Source: Fimicolochytrium jonesii
Taxonomy: Eukaryota
Assembly (NCBI RefSeq): GCF_025526975.1
Contig: NW_026515683.1
Location: 248,001-312,000 of the forward strand
Reading direction: 5' to 3'
DNA: 64,000 bases
Shown here: positions 47,148-59,454 of the stretch, piece by piece
How positions within the stretch are numbered: the first letter of the stretch is position 1
Layout: each line of letters opens with the position of its first letter
Made by a program: the position numbers and the translations under genes
The notes under the pieces: model-generated
Told to the model about the DNA's origin: nothing
The model's database searches: none
The model's input: only the letters and a program-made list of their open reading frames with translations

Positions 47148-48559
47148 AGCTGATCAAAAGTCCGTTCGAGAGCATATACCCACCCTGTTTGGCAATTCCT
47201 GCCTGAACTTGATGGACTAAAGCGACTAGACTGCCTGACTTGCATCAGTAGGACAGTAGGCATCCGGATTTTCCTCTTCTGATCTTTCATACCGATGTTT
47301 TCGGAGGAGTTTAGTCTATATATTCTACGAAACTAGATAAGGATATTCAATCTGAGGCATCGATGCAGTTCCAGAATGGAGCACGCCGTATCAACGTATC
47401 GATAACCACAACCGTGTTTGCTTGCATACCGCATCTATTCCCGAACTGAGTGGAGACCAGTTGAACTCTTCGGAAACCCCCTCGACTGTGAAACCCATTC
47501 ATCCTCCTCTTGGCGTCAGTCGGCTTTCGGTGATCCGATTGGCATTCTGGAGACCCGCGTTCTCGCACTCAGCGTGCGTTCAAGAATCATCCCATTCCTG
47601 ACGAGTGGCCCCATTTGTTTCCAGTGCACATTGATAGAATTGCACGACCCGAGGGTGCAAATGGAGGGTTTTGTCAACCTTAGTGAAGCAAAATTCGGTC
47701 CCATGTCAAACAGGTCAGAAACCACGGCTCAATTTGGTCTTCGTCAACACTTACTTGTGGCCGCTTTGAGAACATGATATTCTGAGCCTCGAGCGGAGTA
47801 AGTTGATATCGATACACCAGCCAGCAAATCACGACAGCGGCGCTCCGTCCGCGACCAGCCTAGACCGTTGACGGATGTCAGGAGCGTGCGTTCCTAAGAC
47901 AAATATGCAAAAGGAAACACCGCCTTACTTTGCAGTGCACGTATACACGCGGCGGCCGGTTATCAGACCCTGGAGATCCGTCCGCGATCTTTTCTATCCA
48001 CTTGTGATCCACCCATGTTAGCATCCCACATCACGCAGAAGAATGTAGAGGGAACTACCTTCACGCCTGTTACTAGAGCATCGTACTCAGGTACTGCCAA
48101 ATTGATCTCTTATCAGTATGTGATGCGTGATGTAGAACAGCAAGTCTGCTTCTTTCCACCTGTAAAATCTGGTGTCTTCAATCGCAGATAACTGATGCCC
48201 ACCGAGCGGATGTTTTTACCCTCTCCGGGGTGCTCTAAGCCGTGGAATGTTGAGTACCCTTGCCAAACGCCTGACATCACAGCTGTACCTACCTGCACAC
48301 ATGTTGATTACGCCGGCTAGATTTTCCTGGCGAAGAGAACACAGATCGTTGGCAATGGAACTTCGAAGAATGGAGGGTCTCCGCACGGGGCTCGCCAGGG
48401 ACCTACTGTATCTCGAAGTAGTTGTATGACTGCCTTATCCGGCAATGCTCCCAGTATTAAGACCTTGTCTATGCTGCATCGACGGAAGGGGCGCGGTCAG
48501 CTCTTGAACGTTGGATTCCTGTCCCTTCCTCTTCCTCTCCCCTCTTTCCTTGCTCTTCC

Positions 48560-48899
48560 TCACCGATTGAACCACGTCCATTTTTTGTAGAAGCTGAGGT
48601 GATTGACCGCTAGCTTGTTATATGCATATGACACGGACCACCGTGTTCTTGAGGGATATGGGTCAGCGAATAGTCCGGCCAGCCAAGCAAACAAGTACAT
48701 GGTGTCTTTACTTGTCCCAAAAGCCCGTAAACGAAGGCCCTTCCTCTTCTTCAGCCACCTGTTCTTCCACTACAGTTCCAGCGGTCGTCTCGTGAACGAC
48801 GACGTGGGTTGTTTCGGGACCGATGGCGGGCGGGACATCGTCCTGCAAAGTAAGGACGGGCTCATCCGGAGCGGGGATTCGCTTCTCAGACAGGTCCAT
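48560..48899 (-). CDS. Putative 91-aa orphan protein; exons 48899-48712, 48647-48560
   Basis: ATG ORF followed by GTAAAG donor, CTGAC branch site and AAG acceptor. The spliced length is 276 nt and ends in TGA. No family recognised. Confidence 0.5.
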
Positions 48900-49344
48900 C
48901 GCTGGTACAGTCGCGCGGAAACCAGACAATCCTATGCGAGTCTACTTTCAAATAGATATCCGCTAGAGTTGTTGACCCGCTGGCAGTCAATGAGCGAAGG
49001 GTGGAATGTCTCGAACGTTGACGTCGCTTGACAGCCTTGATTTGTGAAAGCAACGCGTCCGAACCCAAATGAAATCCGACAGCGCGTTTCCAGACGTAAG
49101 CTTCATCATCATCCTCCTCTTCCTCCTCCTGCTCTTCATCTTCCTCTTCATCCTCTTCTTCTTCGCTCTCCTCCTCATCCGTAAGCGTCCCTGACAGAAT
49201 ATGCAGACGTGTCCATCTTGTTCATCTCGATCCTGATCGAAGTTTTGGAAAGTTTGAGCAGTGAGCAAGCCTCAGCATCCTGGAAGTGACCAAAGTTCAC
49301 AGAACGTTTACCGCCCTCATACTTATATCGATAACGTGCGGACC

Positions 49345-50031
49345 ATGGCTTCCTTGGAGGTATGATACACATGCGGAATGATGTTTCAAATTCATACAAT
49401 AGGAACACAGTTGATCTGACAGCCGAAATCTATAGTCTCTGTTCAAAGCAATCGGAGCCGGCGACACCGAAACGGTTCGGGCACTCCTGTTAGCCGACAA
49501 ATCGCTCACGTCCCAGAAACACCGTGACGCATCCCTCAAGTTTGAAGCGGATGTGGAACTTGATGCCTACAAGTTTTTGGGAGCATACATCGGAGCCATC
49601 ACGCCATTACAGAAAGCAATTTTGAGTGGGCAAGATGCGATTGCAAAGGATATTCTGGAAAGAACGCTGAAGGATGATTTGGACATTGCATTCGGGGTGA
49701 GTTCCGGGAGCTCAGATCCGGAGTGGAACAAACAGGGCAGTCAGCTGATCATGATTTATGTCTGGCTGAATATCGTTAGGGAGGGAATACCGCGTTACAT
49801 CTCGGTAAGTTCACGTACTTTCACTTGTATTCTCCCCTGTATATACGCAAGTCCTCTGCTGACGTTCGCATCATTCCCTCAGCAACGTTTCTCGGTGCGC
49901 GGGACATCGTAAAATCATTACTGGAGCGTGGAGCAAATAGAAAGCTTACGAATGCAAAAGGATTCGCGCCTATTGATGTAGTTGATGACGCTGAGATGAG
50001 GGCCCTTTTCGCGGACACCGCGCCATCGTGA
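49345..50031 (+). CDS. Small ankyrin-repeat protein, 4 exons
   Basis: LFKAIGAGDTETVRALL, TPLQKAILSGQ and GNTALHLATFLGARDIVKSLLERGANRKLTNAKGFAPID. Confidence 0.85.
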
Positions 50032-50167
50032 AGGATATCGATATCGAGCATTACGGATTTCATTGTACATACACTCTTGCTAAAGTCTGAGCTACATATC
50101 TGAGATATATCCAATACGCCACGTCATCAGGTTCCATCTCCACTACTCACCGGGGCCCCTGTAGAAT

Positions 50168-53100
50168 TCAGTCATCATCCGCAAAGTCACTTTCGCTTTC
50201 TACATAAGTTTCCTCCGCGTCGCTGGCCTCGTCAACGTACTTCACAGGGGCTTTGCCTCGAGTCGTACGGCCGACCGGCACACTCGAGCTCGCAGCGACG
50301 TGGGAGGTAGGAACGTCCATGTCATCGCTATTCAGTCCGTCAGTCTCCTCTGCCTCTGATTCGGATACCACCTTGCGAGGTTTGGGTTTGGGCTTTGTTG
50401 TGGCAGCGACCGGCTTAGTAGTACGTTTCAGAGCTTCCTTCTTCTCTACGGGTTTCCGAGCTCCCGAAAGAACTCTCCTTGGGACAGGCTTGGCGGCCGT
50501 AGAAGGGCGCGGAGACGCGTCGACATCCATGGGATCAAATACATCATTTGATGGAGATGCGTCTTCTGTGGCGTTCGCTGGTGCTTCGGACCTCAGCGGT
50601 TTCTTCTCAGTCGGTGCGGGCCCTGCGACGGCGGTTTTCTTGCCCTTCAGCACGCGTTTCTTTACTGCTCCGGGGCTCTTCGTCAAGTCGATGGCAGACA
50701 AGCCTTGCGTGAGTCTGTCAATGCTGGATGGCGAGCTCACGATGGACGACGTAGACGCCTTCGGGGTTGCGGCCGTCGCCCTAGGCTTTGCTGCGGCTCT
50801 TGGTTTTGCGACAGGTTTAGCCTTTGGCTTTGCTGCGTCTGCAGGAGCTAGCAATGAAGTAGCGAGGAAAATTCAATAGAGCTCTCTACGTATCGCATTG
50901 TGGAACCAGTTATACCTTTAGCTGATGGTGCAAAATCGGCATCTTCGTCGTCATCGCTCATATCTGCTTCTTTCTTCAACTTCAAGGCGGTTTGTTTCAC
51001 AACAGGCTTCCTCTTAGGCTGTCCAACAGTGGTCCCGTTTACAGGCTGCGTAGCGTCGCTTTTCGCCAGCGTCATTTCAAAGTGCTAAAATCCAGTTCAG
51101 TTCCAACGCGTACATGTAGGGCTCATCAAATCTCAGAGTGCTTACATCCCACTGGGCCAGGAACGCGTCCAAATCAGTTTTCCAAAGGTCGTTAACCGAC
51201 TTTCCAGTCAACACTGTAACTTCTAAGTTCTTCTCATTTTGTTGTTTCTTCAAGCTTTCAACCTGTCCATGTCTCATGTTAGGATGCTGTCGTTCATTTA
51301 ACCAATCGAAGGGTAGCTTACCTTCTCCATAGTTAAATTCCAGATCGGCATGCTGAGTAAGTAGTCGAAACCGTGATCTTTGGTATCAACTTCGGTCTCT
51401 TCCGCCTCATCCTCACCAGCAGGAGTGCCCTTCTCCCTCTTGAAGAAAGGCTTGTAGTCACGGGTTTGGAGCTCCTTGAGTAACGCATCCTTCTTCTTGT
51501 TCTGCACGACCAATTTCCCGGCAATGATTTCAAGAACGAATCGGACCTTGTTGTCCAACTTTGTGAGCTCGTAGTTCAGTTCGTCCAGTATGTGTGCCTT
51601 TCGTTTTTGATAGAACTCCCTTCGGAGATGGTAAAACTCCCTAAAGATTTCCTCGATGGTGTCGTATTTGCGGATCCTGCCTTGCTGATCGAAGCAAACC
51701 AAGTTCGAAGTCGAGATGCTGCTTATCAACTTGAAGCGTTTCTCCAAACCCTCCTTCTCCGCCAGGGCCATCTGTTCTTCGGACATCGTGACAATGAACT
51801 TAACCGCTGCCTCGGTGTGGTACTCTCTGTAATCCTTAATCCACGCTGCCTGCTTCTCGGTGCCAGTCAACCAGGCCTCGAGGTCTTCTTTGTATGACTG
51901 AGTCCAGCAGCGAATGGGAAGTTCCGTGATCTCGACGGTAGTGTCATCGATCTTTTCGATGCAGCCAGTGACTCGGAACTTGTCCTTGCCGATGGATTCG
52001 ATGGTTCCTCGGAAACCGCGGTACCAGGGTTGCATATCAATCAGCTCACGATCGTCCATCATCCGGAATATGTTGTCGACAATATCGCGGGGGTTGTAGT
52101 TGGGAATGGAGGTGGACCATCCCGTCCCGATGCCTTCGCCACCGTTGAGAAGGAGCATAGGTAAGATAGGGAGATACCATTCAGGCTCGATCATCTGCCC
52201 ATCCTCATTCTGGTATGACAGCAATGCGTCATCCGAAGGGTGATACAATGCTCTCGTCAGTGGAGTAAGAGCGGTGAAAATGTAACGGGCGCTGGCGGCA
52301 TCTTTTCCTCCTTGAAGCCTCGTTCCGAATTGTCCCAGAGGTTCCAACAGCGGTAAATTGTTGCTGCCGACAAAGTTCTGCGCGAGACCAACGATAGTAG
52401 AGGCCAGACTGGCTTCACCGTGGTGGTATGCCGAATGCTCAGAAACATAACCAGCCAATTGCGCCACTTTGATTTCTCCTTTCAGTTTGCGTTTGAAGCA
52501 GGAGAACAAGGTCTTCCGTTGCCCTGGCTTCAATCCATCCACCGCGCTGGGGATTGAGCGTGCGTTATCGGCCATGGAGAAAAGAATGAGCTCGCGATTG
52601 ATAAAGTCGGTGATCGGAATTTGAGCTTGGTCATGATCCATGTATGTTCCCGGCTACAATCGCGAGGTCCAGTAAGCACATGGTTCGAAAGTACAATCAA
52701 CATCTTGGGAAATCCACCTCAAATTCGCGCAACCATTCTTTGCGATCATCCGCTTTCTTCTTGCTGAAGGCCATGTCCACAAGAGCCCGCTCTTCATCTT
52801 GAATGGGGCTGAACGGCTTCAGATGGCGCTGCATGGTCGAGAAGTACTTCTTGCAATCCTCGGTCGTGCTGGTTCCCAAACCCTATTGCAATGCACAAAT
52901 ATGAGAACCTTCCTCTAGCTTTCTGACGTTCGGGGTCGATAGATACCTTGTAGTACTTGATGGTCCATCCCTTCCCATTCTGATTATCCTCCTTCCATTC
53001 CTCATATTCTGGGATGGTGAAGAAAGTCTGCTCCTTCTTGTTCGGGCCCGTTCCCTTCGTGACCTTGATAATTGGCGTGATGAACTCGAGAAGGAACCCG

Positions 53101-55380
53101 GGAATCTTCAACAGGGTAGGCCAGAAATGGTCGATCAAGTTGATGATGAGGCCTTTGATGTGTGAACCATCATGATCCTGAGACGACGAAAATACATCAG
53201 TTGGAACCAGAGAGAAACCAGCTGTTCCCACCAGTCACGCACCTGATCCGTCATGATCATAAGATGGCCGTATCGAAGACTGTCTACCGTTGTATACTGC
53301 TTGCCGTGTTGAAGACCCATGATTTGCTTGATAGCATTTATTTCCGCGTTCGCCGTGATCTGGGAGTGAGACGCTTCGCGTACATTCAGAAGCTTCCCGC
53401 GAAGCGGGAAAACTCCAAAATTGTCGCGACCAATGACCGAAAGACCAGCCACGGCAAGGGATTTGGCCGAATCTCCTTCTGTGAGAATCAATGTGCATTT
53501 GCTCCCGTTTTTGGTGCCAGCATTGTTCGCATCGTCTAGCTTAGCGAGACCAGTGATTCGCGTTCGCTTTGCGCCGTCAGTCTTCTTCAGGAGCTGATCC
53601 TGCTTGAAACGTGCAAAACTCAGAATGTTCTCCACGACGCCGGATTTCATCACTGGAAATGCATGGCGTTAGTTACCGCGACTCAAATGCGACTAAGATC
53701 CGGAGGCCTTACCTTTCTTCATGAAGTCGTCAGTTACCCCACATTTCGACCCGAAAGCACTCTGTCGCAAGGTCATGTTTTCTTTCGTTTGAGAGTCAAA
53801 CGCAGGGTTTTCGATGCTACAATTGACGAAAACCCAGAGATGATTTTTCGCTTGGAAGGGTTTCAGCGGTACTCCCTTCTTGTCCTTCTTCTTGACCGCC
53901 TCAATCAAAGATGTCACCAGTTGATCGGCAACGTGGTTGACGTGAGTGCCTCCTTTCGTGGTGCAGATGGAATTAACGAAGCTGACTTGCTGGAATTGGC
54001 CGTCGCTCACTGTGAAGGCGATCTCCCATCGATCGTTGACCCTTTCGTATATAACATTCGGCTTGGGAGCAGCTCCCTCGGAGGTGGCGCTAGCGATGTA
54101 CATCTCGGCATAGTCTTTGAAGTCTTTGACCTTAACTCGAGTGTCGTTCAGAAAGACCTTGACACCGCGCACGCATCCTGCCATGTCAAGAGTACGCTTC
54201 TTGACGAGGGCTTCGAAGTCGTCGTCAATGGCGATCATACCGAACTTGGCCAGATCGGGTTTGAAAGTGATACGGGTGTAATTCTCTCCCTTTGGATTAC
54301 TGGTAATCTTGGGTTCTCCTTTCTTGCTCATGTTGTCGGAATGGACCTGCACCAGTATGTCAATCGCGATGACTTCACAATCTAGCTGCGTCAACGCCCT
54401 CTGTCGCACCTGTACAAACTTGCGGCCTGTGACCGAATCAGCAGTCTCCACGATAAACTCGGTACTGAAGATGTTGCAGAGCTTCGCCCCATAACCGTTC
54501 CTTCCACCAGTTGTCTTTTTCTCGTTGTCGTCGTAGTTGGAGGACGTTAGCAAATGGCCAAAGATTAACTCCGGAACGTAAACCTTCTCCTTGGAATGCA
54601 TTTCGACGGGGATTCCGCGGCCATTATTGTACACAGAGATCGTGTTGTTTTCCCTGCTGATCGTCACTCGAATGGTATCCATGGTGGAATCGCGAACCTA
54701 AGAGAGTACATCAGCTTGCGGGACATCAGTGGCAAGCATATTCCACGTCATACTTTGTTATCGGCAGCTACATGAGACAGTGATGTAAGTAAAGAGCTTC
54801 CAATGGGTTAGAAAACGATATCATTGGGATTTACCGTTCACGATGATTTCATCAAAGATTTTGTACAATCCAGGGACGTACGTCACGTTCCTCCACACAA
54901 ACTTCTCGTTCTCATACACCCACATCGCAGAAGTTTGTGCTTCAACAGAGCCTATGTAGGTATCCGGACGAATAAGGATATGCTCCAGTTGCGTTTTCTT
55001 TTGATATATCTGGTGTTGCGCGGGTGAGATATGCAAGCCCGTGACAAGGAAGCAGGAAACCACTATACCTCATCGACGGTCTTTGCCTTTGAAACCGCCG
55101 GTAGACGTGTGCTTGACGAGCCCTCGACGCCTGCCTCGCTTCCCACGGCATTGTCCCCGGCTCTCTCCTTCAAAACGGCTTTGCTTTTGATTGCTTTGGC
55201 AGCCTTGGGTTTGACGATCTTGGTCGCTTTCGCTTTCGCAACCTTCAGAGCAGCTTGTTCAGCAAGCTTCTTCGCCATGACCTATACCAAAGAGGGGCAG
55301 GAAATAGGACCGGATGTCTATTTCCCAGGCCAGACACTCACCTTCGGCCGGGAAACGTCCCAGTCTTCACTGTCCGACAT
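50168..55380 (-). CDS. TOP2: DNA topoisomerase II, multi-exon (includes a 14-nt micro-exon at 54754-54767)
   Basis: EHILIRPDTYIGS, GGRNGYGAKLCN, LILTEGDSA, PLRGKLLN, IMTDQDHDGSH, YHHGE and active-site ASARYIFT. Confidence 0.98.
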
Positions 55381-55595
55381 CTTTCTTCTTCGTCTTGTGA
55401 AGGCACTTCGGTGCTTCAGGCTCGGGTAGTTCTGAGGAAAGTACGTTGGCTTGACGTTGGTGTATATTTGAGAAAGCAGCCGACTTCGGATGCGAAGATG
55501 ATCTCGGGCAGCGTGGGAAAAAAGCGGACCAAGACCCGCGTCTCCCTCTGGCTTGTCCGGATGCCGCTTGTCCGACAAGCACCCTGACAAGCACC

Positions 55596-55782
55596 CCGCG
55601 AAAGGCGTCCACAACAATCAAACCGGACCAGTATCCCCATCGCCACAAGTTCAACCACCATAAGAAGAGCCAACGAACCAGAACATCCTCAACAGGGCAT
55701 GGGAATGACCTAGATAGTCTGGTCGTACGTATGCAGTGCAATACCGAGGCCATATGTATAGGAGTTGCTAGTCAAGACGCGT
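55596..55782. promoter_or_regulatory. G1/S-type elements upstream of TOP2: CCGCGAAA (SCB/E2F-like, 55596-55603) and ACGCGT (MCB, 55777-55782)
   Basis: Exact consensus matches about 220 and 400 bp upstream of the TOP2 ATG. Function is inferred. Confidence 0.45.
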
Positions 55783-56888
55783 AGCACACGATATAAATAC
55801 CCTCTACTGTACAGTAATTCGACAAAGCGCTGGAGTGTTCCATACAGCATCTGGATAGTTTGCCGGTTGGCTATATGCGGAGGTACCCTCTCCAGCAGCC
55901 GCGCGCTGTCGAGAAGGGAAATTCAGCTAATATGGAGCAGCGATTAGAGTTTGTTCTGCCGAGGGTGATTATGTGATGTTTGACTGCCACTCGTGGAACA
56001 GTTCGACGCACTTCTTACACCAGGGATCCATGGTCTTATGCATGCCTTTGTACATACAGAAAGAAGTGAAACAACTGGAAAGTTCTCACATTCTTCGGCA
56101 CCCCGATCTTGGCGATATCATGGCGGAGTATCGGCAGCTGATATTACAGGATCTTACAGAGCAGCCGGATGTGTGTTAGCAAGGGGTGTGTTGAGTACGA
56201 GCGCCAGAGTCCAGTCGGGTCCGGGGCAGCCACAGCCTTCTTTTCATTCAAGGCATCTTCCGGGGAGGGCAACACGAAGGCTGGTTCTGTGCAGGTTTGG
56301 GCGGTGCGTTGAGCGAAGGACAGCGCAACGAGGCGCACCAGACTCAATTGCATCGTCCTGGGAGGCCGAGCAGCCGAGGGTAGAACTGCATATGTACAAT
56401 ACCACGACAAAAGTTTTCGGAATGCACGCGTTTCAATTATAAACAATTAGAAAATCCGTCTTCTTTTGCTACTGGGTAAAGTCCACAATTATGCTCTAAA
56501 CTTAAATCCGCCCATAGAGACGAATATAAGCTTCATGTTGATCCGCTTGTTTTCCTTATAACTGGGCATGCGCTTTGTCAAGTTGGTTTGGGCAGGATAC
56601 CATGCGGAAGATTGGTTTGAGTTTTTTCTCTAATTGGACCCGAAAATCAATTATGGGAGGACGGCTCTTCCGACTTCAACGGACAATAACTTGACAACCA
56701 GACAGTTTACAGACTTCAGTACTATGTAGGTTGAATACGCTCCTGCTTCCGGGCAATCCAACCGTATCACTCCCATGCGCTAAAGTCCAGTATGTGTGGT
56801 TGTCAATTAAAGCGCTTCGGTAAGCGATTTTTCTAATTGTTTATGATTGAAACGCGTGCGTTCCGAAAACTTTTGTCGTGGTACTGTA

Positions 56889-57543
56889 CAGTCTGTTGCC
56901 ATAAAGCAGGTCGCGCCTGGCCGTGCGCAGTCGGCCCCTAGCCGGGTGCTTCGGACACACTGGACAGCCCTTCACAGTGCCGCAATTGCGAGATCATCTT
57001 CCCCATTCCCACACCGACAATGCCGAAACCCCTGACCCCCAAAAGAGGGCAGCCATTGTTGCGTTGAGCAACGCTGGCAAGACACCCAGAGAGATTGCAG
57101 AGCAAGAGTCCGTGCCTGCAGAACCGTTCAGAGAACCCTGAGGAGGTTCCAGAATGCAAATTGCGACGACCCCAACGCATTCAAGTCAACAAAACCCAGG
57201 AGCAGACCAGTTAAGTATCAACCCTCAGCAGACGAGCTTGCTGAACTTCGCAACGCTGAACGGGATTATGCAGAATGTCTGGCAGACAATGGATGTTCTT
57301 TTAGAGAGACTTATTGGTTCAATGCCTGGACGCATGGCCGCTGTCATTGCCGCAAACGGGGGACTTACAAAATATTAGGAACCGAGATCTAGTTTAGATT
57401 AGAGGTCCCAATACCGTGATTAGGAACCCAGATCGAGTTTTAGATTAGGGGTCCTAATACCGTGATTAGGGAGTCGGGACCATGATCAGCCGCGAGGACA
57501 GTGACTTAATTTCAGGCGCGACCTGCTTTATGGCAACAGACTG
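56889..57543 (+). mobile_element. Non-autonomous, internally deleted Tc1/mariner element (655 bp)
   Basis: Perfect 31-bp TIRs CAGTCTGTTGCCATAAAGCAGGTCGCGCCTG (56889-56919 and 57513-57543), flanked by TA on both sides. Remnant N-terminal HTH KRAAIVALSNAGKTPREIAE and Tc1 C-terminus LIGSMPGRMAAVIAANGGLTKY*. No DDE core seen. Confidence 0.95.
57375..57470. repeat. About 45-bp imperfect tandem duplication inside the Tc1 element
   Basis: TTAGGAACCGAGATCTAGTTTAGATTAGAGGTCCCAATACCGTGA followed by TTAGGAACCCAGATCGAGTTTTAGATTAGGGGTCCTAATACCGTGA and then TTAGG. Confidence 0.85.
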
Positions 57544-57677
57544 TACGCGTGACGGGCGAGTCGGCAAACGTAAATGAACAAGCACGCCACAAACTGCAAA
57601 ACTTGACAGCGGCCCACTTTCCTCCGTCTCCTCCGTTCTTCAACATACTGTACAGTACTTCTAGCACCTATAACACG

Positions 57678-59454
57678 ATGTCAGCAACTACCAAGAACAA
57701 ACAGGCTACAAGATGCAAGTACTGGGACAAGTGCTATAGGCGCAACCCACAGCACCTTGCCGACTTCATCCACCCAGACTCGGAAGCCGATGCCGAGTTC
57801 GAAACGGACGGCGACTCAGACGTCGGCGTTGGAAGAGTCTCGACGGTCGGTGATGAGGAAGACAACGACAACGACAACAGCCCCGGCGTCGGCGTCGGCA
57901 AGGACGGCGAGGAGGAGAATGGTGGCGATGCACTCGGGGACATTGCTATCGATGGGGATACAGCACCTGAAGACGTAGTTGAAGTGAACGAGGAGGGTGA
58001 GGAGCGAACGGCAGCCGGGCAAACTCCACCAGAAGACCACAAGCCGGATGATGACGATGAAGAGGATGAAAGTAAAGACAAAGACTTGGACTTTATCAAC
58101 GGCGTGGCCCCAAAGAAGCTCCTAAAGGATGGTGACACCGTCGATTGCGCTTCCAAATCCAGCTCTGCCGTGTACAAGATCAAGCGAACGGGTGATCATT
58201 ACTATTGCACTTGCCCGGCCTGGAGAAATCAAGGAGGGGTCCCTATCAACGGTTCGTTGAACCTTCCGCTTTCTCATTTCCGGAGCGATCTTTTAACGTT
58301 GCCAATGTACCATAGCGAGAAGCTGTAAACATCTCAAGGAAGTCCTGGGTGACGCATACGAGTCCGCAAGATGTGGGCAAGTCAACGCATCTGCTTCGTC
58401 GGATGGCAAAAGCACTGATGCGAAACGGAAGCGCGGGAACGCTGGCGCTGCAGCTGGTCCTGCAGCGAAAAAGGCGAAAGCCATCGCACCAGCGCTTATC
58501 TTGGCCAATAGCTGGGACCAGGTGTCAGGTATGCCCTGCTTTGTGCTTGAAAGAGTTCGACTGGAACGAGAACTCATAACGCTTTCACGCTCCGCGAAAA
58601 GGTCCCGACCCTACCGGCTGGTGGGTGTCGGAGAAGCTCGATGGAGTCAGAGCATTGTGGGATCCGGTTAGGCGCCAGTTTGTCAGTCGGCTTGGAAATC
58701 CTTTCACAGCTCCGGATTGGTTCATTGATGGTCAGACACTTGGCGCTATCCGTTGGCAAATCCACTCTTGATTGACACTACTACTTCTTATACAGCGATG
58801 CCTACGAACATGTCATTGGACGGAGAGCTTTTCTGCGGACGGGGAAAGTTCTCCCAAACAGTCAGCGTCGTGAAGACCATCGACTCCAAATTGTGGCACA
58901 CCCTGAAATTCCACGTATTTGACGCGCCATCGCTGACAACGAAACAGTTTGAACGTCGATTGGAAGATATCGCAAGTTTCTTCCGCGCAAATCCTGCGGT
59001 GCATGTACATCTGGTCGAGCAAGAGAAGTGTACCGGAAAAACACACCTGCTGAAGCGGCTGAAGGAAGTGGAAGAGAAGGGCGGCGAAGGGCTGATGTTG
59101 CGGAAGTCGCAGAGCTTATACGAGGGGAAACGAAGCCCAACCCTCTTGAAGATCAAATCATTCTACGATGCTGAAGCTGAAGTCACTGGATACGAGCCTG
59201 GAAACGGCAAGCACAAAGGCGTATGCGGAGCGTTACAGTGCGTCATGGAATCTGGGAAGAGGTTCAAGGTTGGAACTGGACTCGCCGACGCGCAACGGCG
59301 GAATCCACCGAAGATTGGAGATATCGTGACCTATCGCTTTCAAGAGTTGACAAATGACGGAGTCCCTCGGTTCCCGTCTTACATCGGTGTACGGGTCGAC
59401 GCAAATGGACCCAAAGACTACGTCTTCCCGAAGCGCTCGAACTTAAAGAAGTGA
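57678..59454 (+). CDS. Compact ATP-dependent DNA ligase with N-terminal PBZ zinc finger, acidic linker and SWIM-type zinc finger; 4 exons
   Basis: PBZ CKYWDKCYRRNPQHLADFIH. SWIM YCTCPAW...SCKH. Ligase motifs SEKLDGVRA (adenylated Lys), LDGELF, FHVFD, EGLMLR and LLKIK. OB fold ends PRFP. Confidence 0.92.

Noticed and set aside
49100..49185. Minus-strand poly-Glu/Asp-coding tract
   Set aside because: The frame has an upstream stop and no ATG, and no supported exon chain could be built. Treated as low-complexity sequence between divergent genes.
55900..56450. Short ORFs between TOP2 and the Tc1 element (and similarly 47200-48500, 30150-30900)
   Set aside because: They are stop-interrupted, with no family signature or consistent splice model recognisable by eye.
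57375..57472. TTAGG/TTAGGG units as telomeric repeats
   Set aside because: They are isolated pentamers inside a 45-bp duplication within the transposon, not a tandem array.
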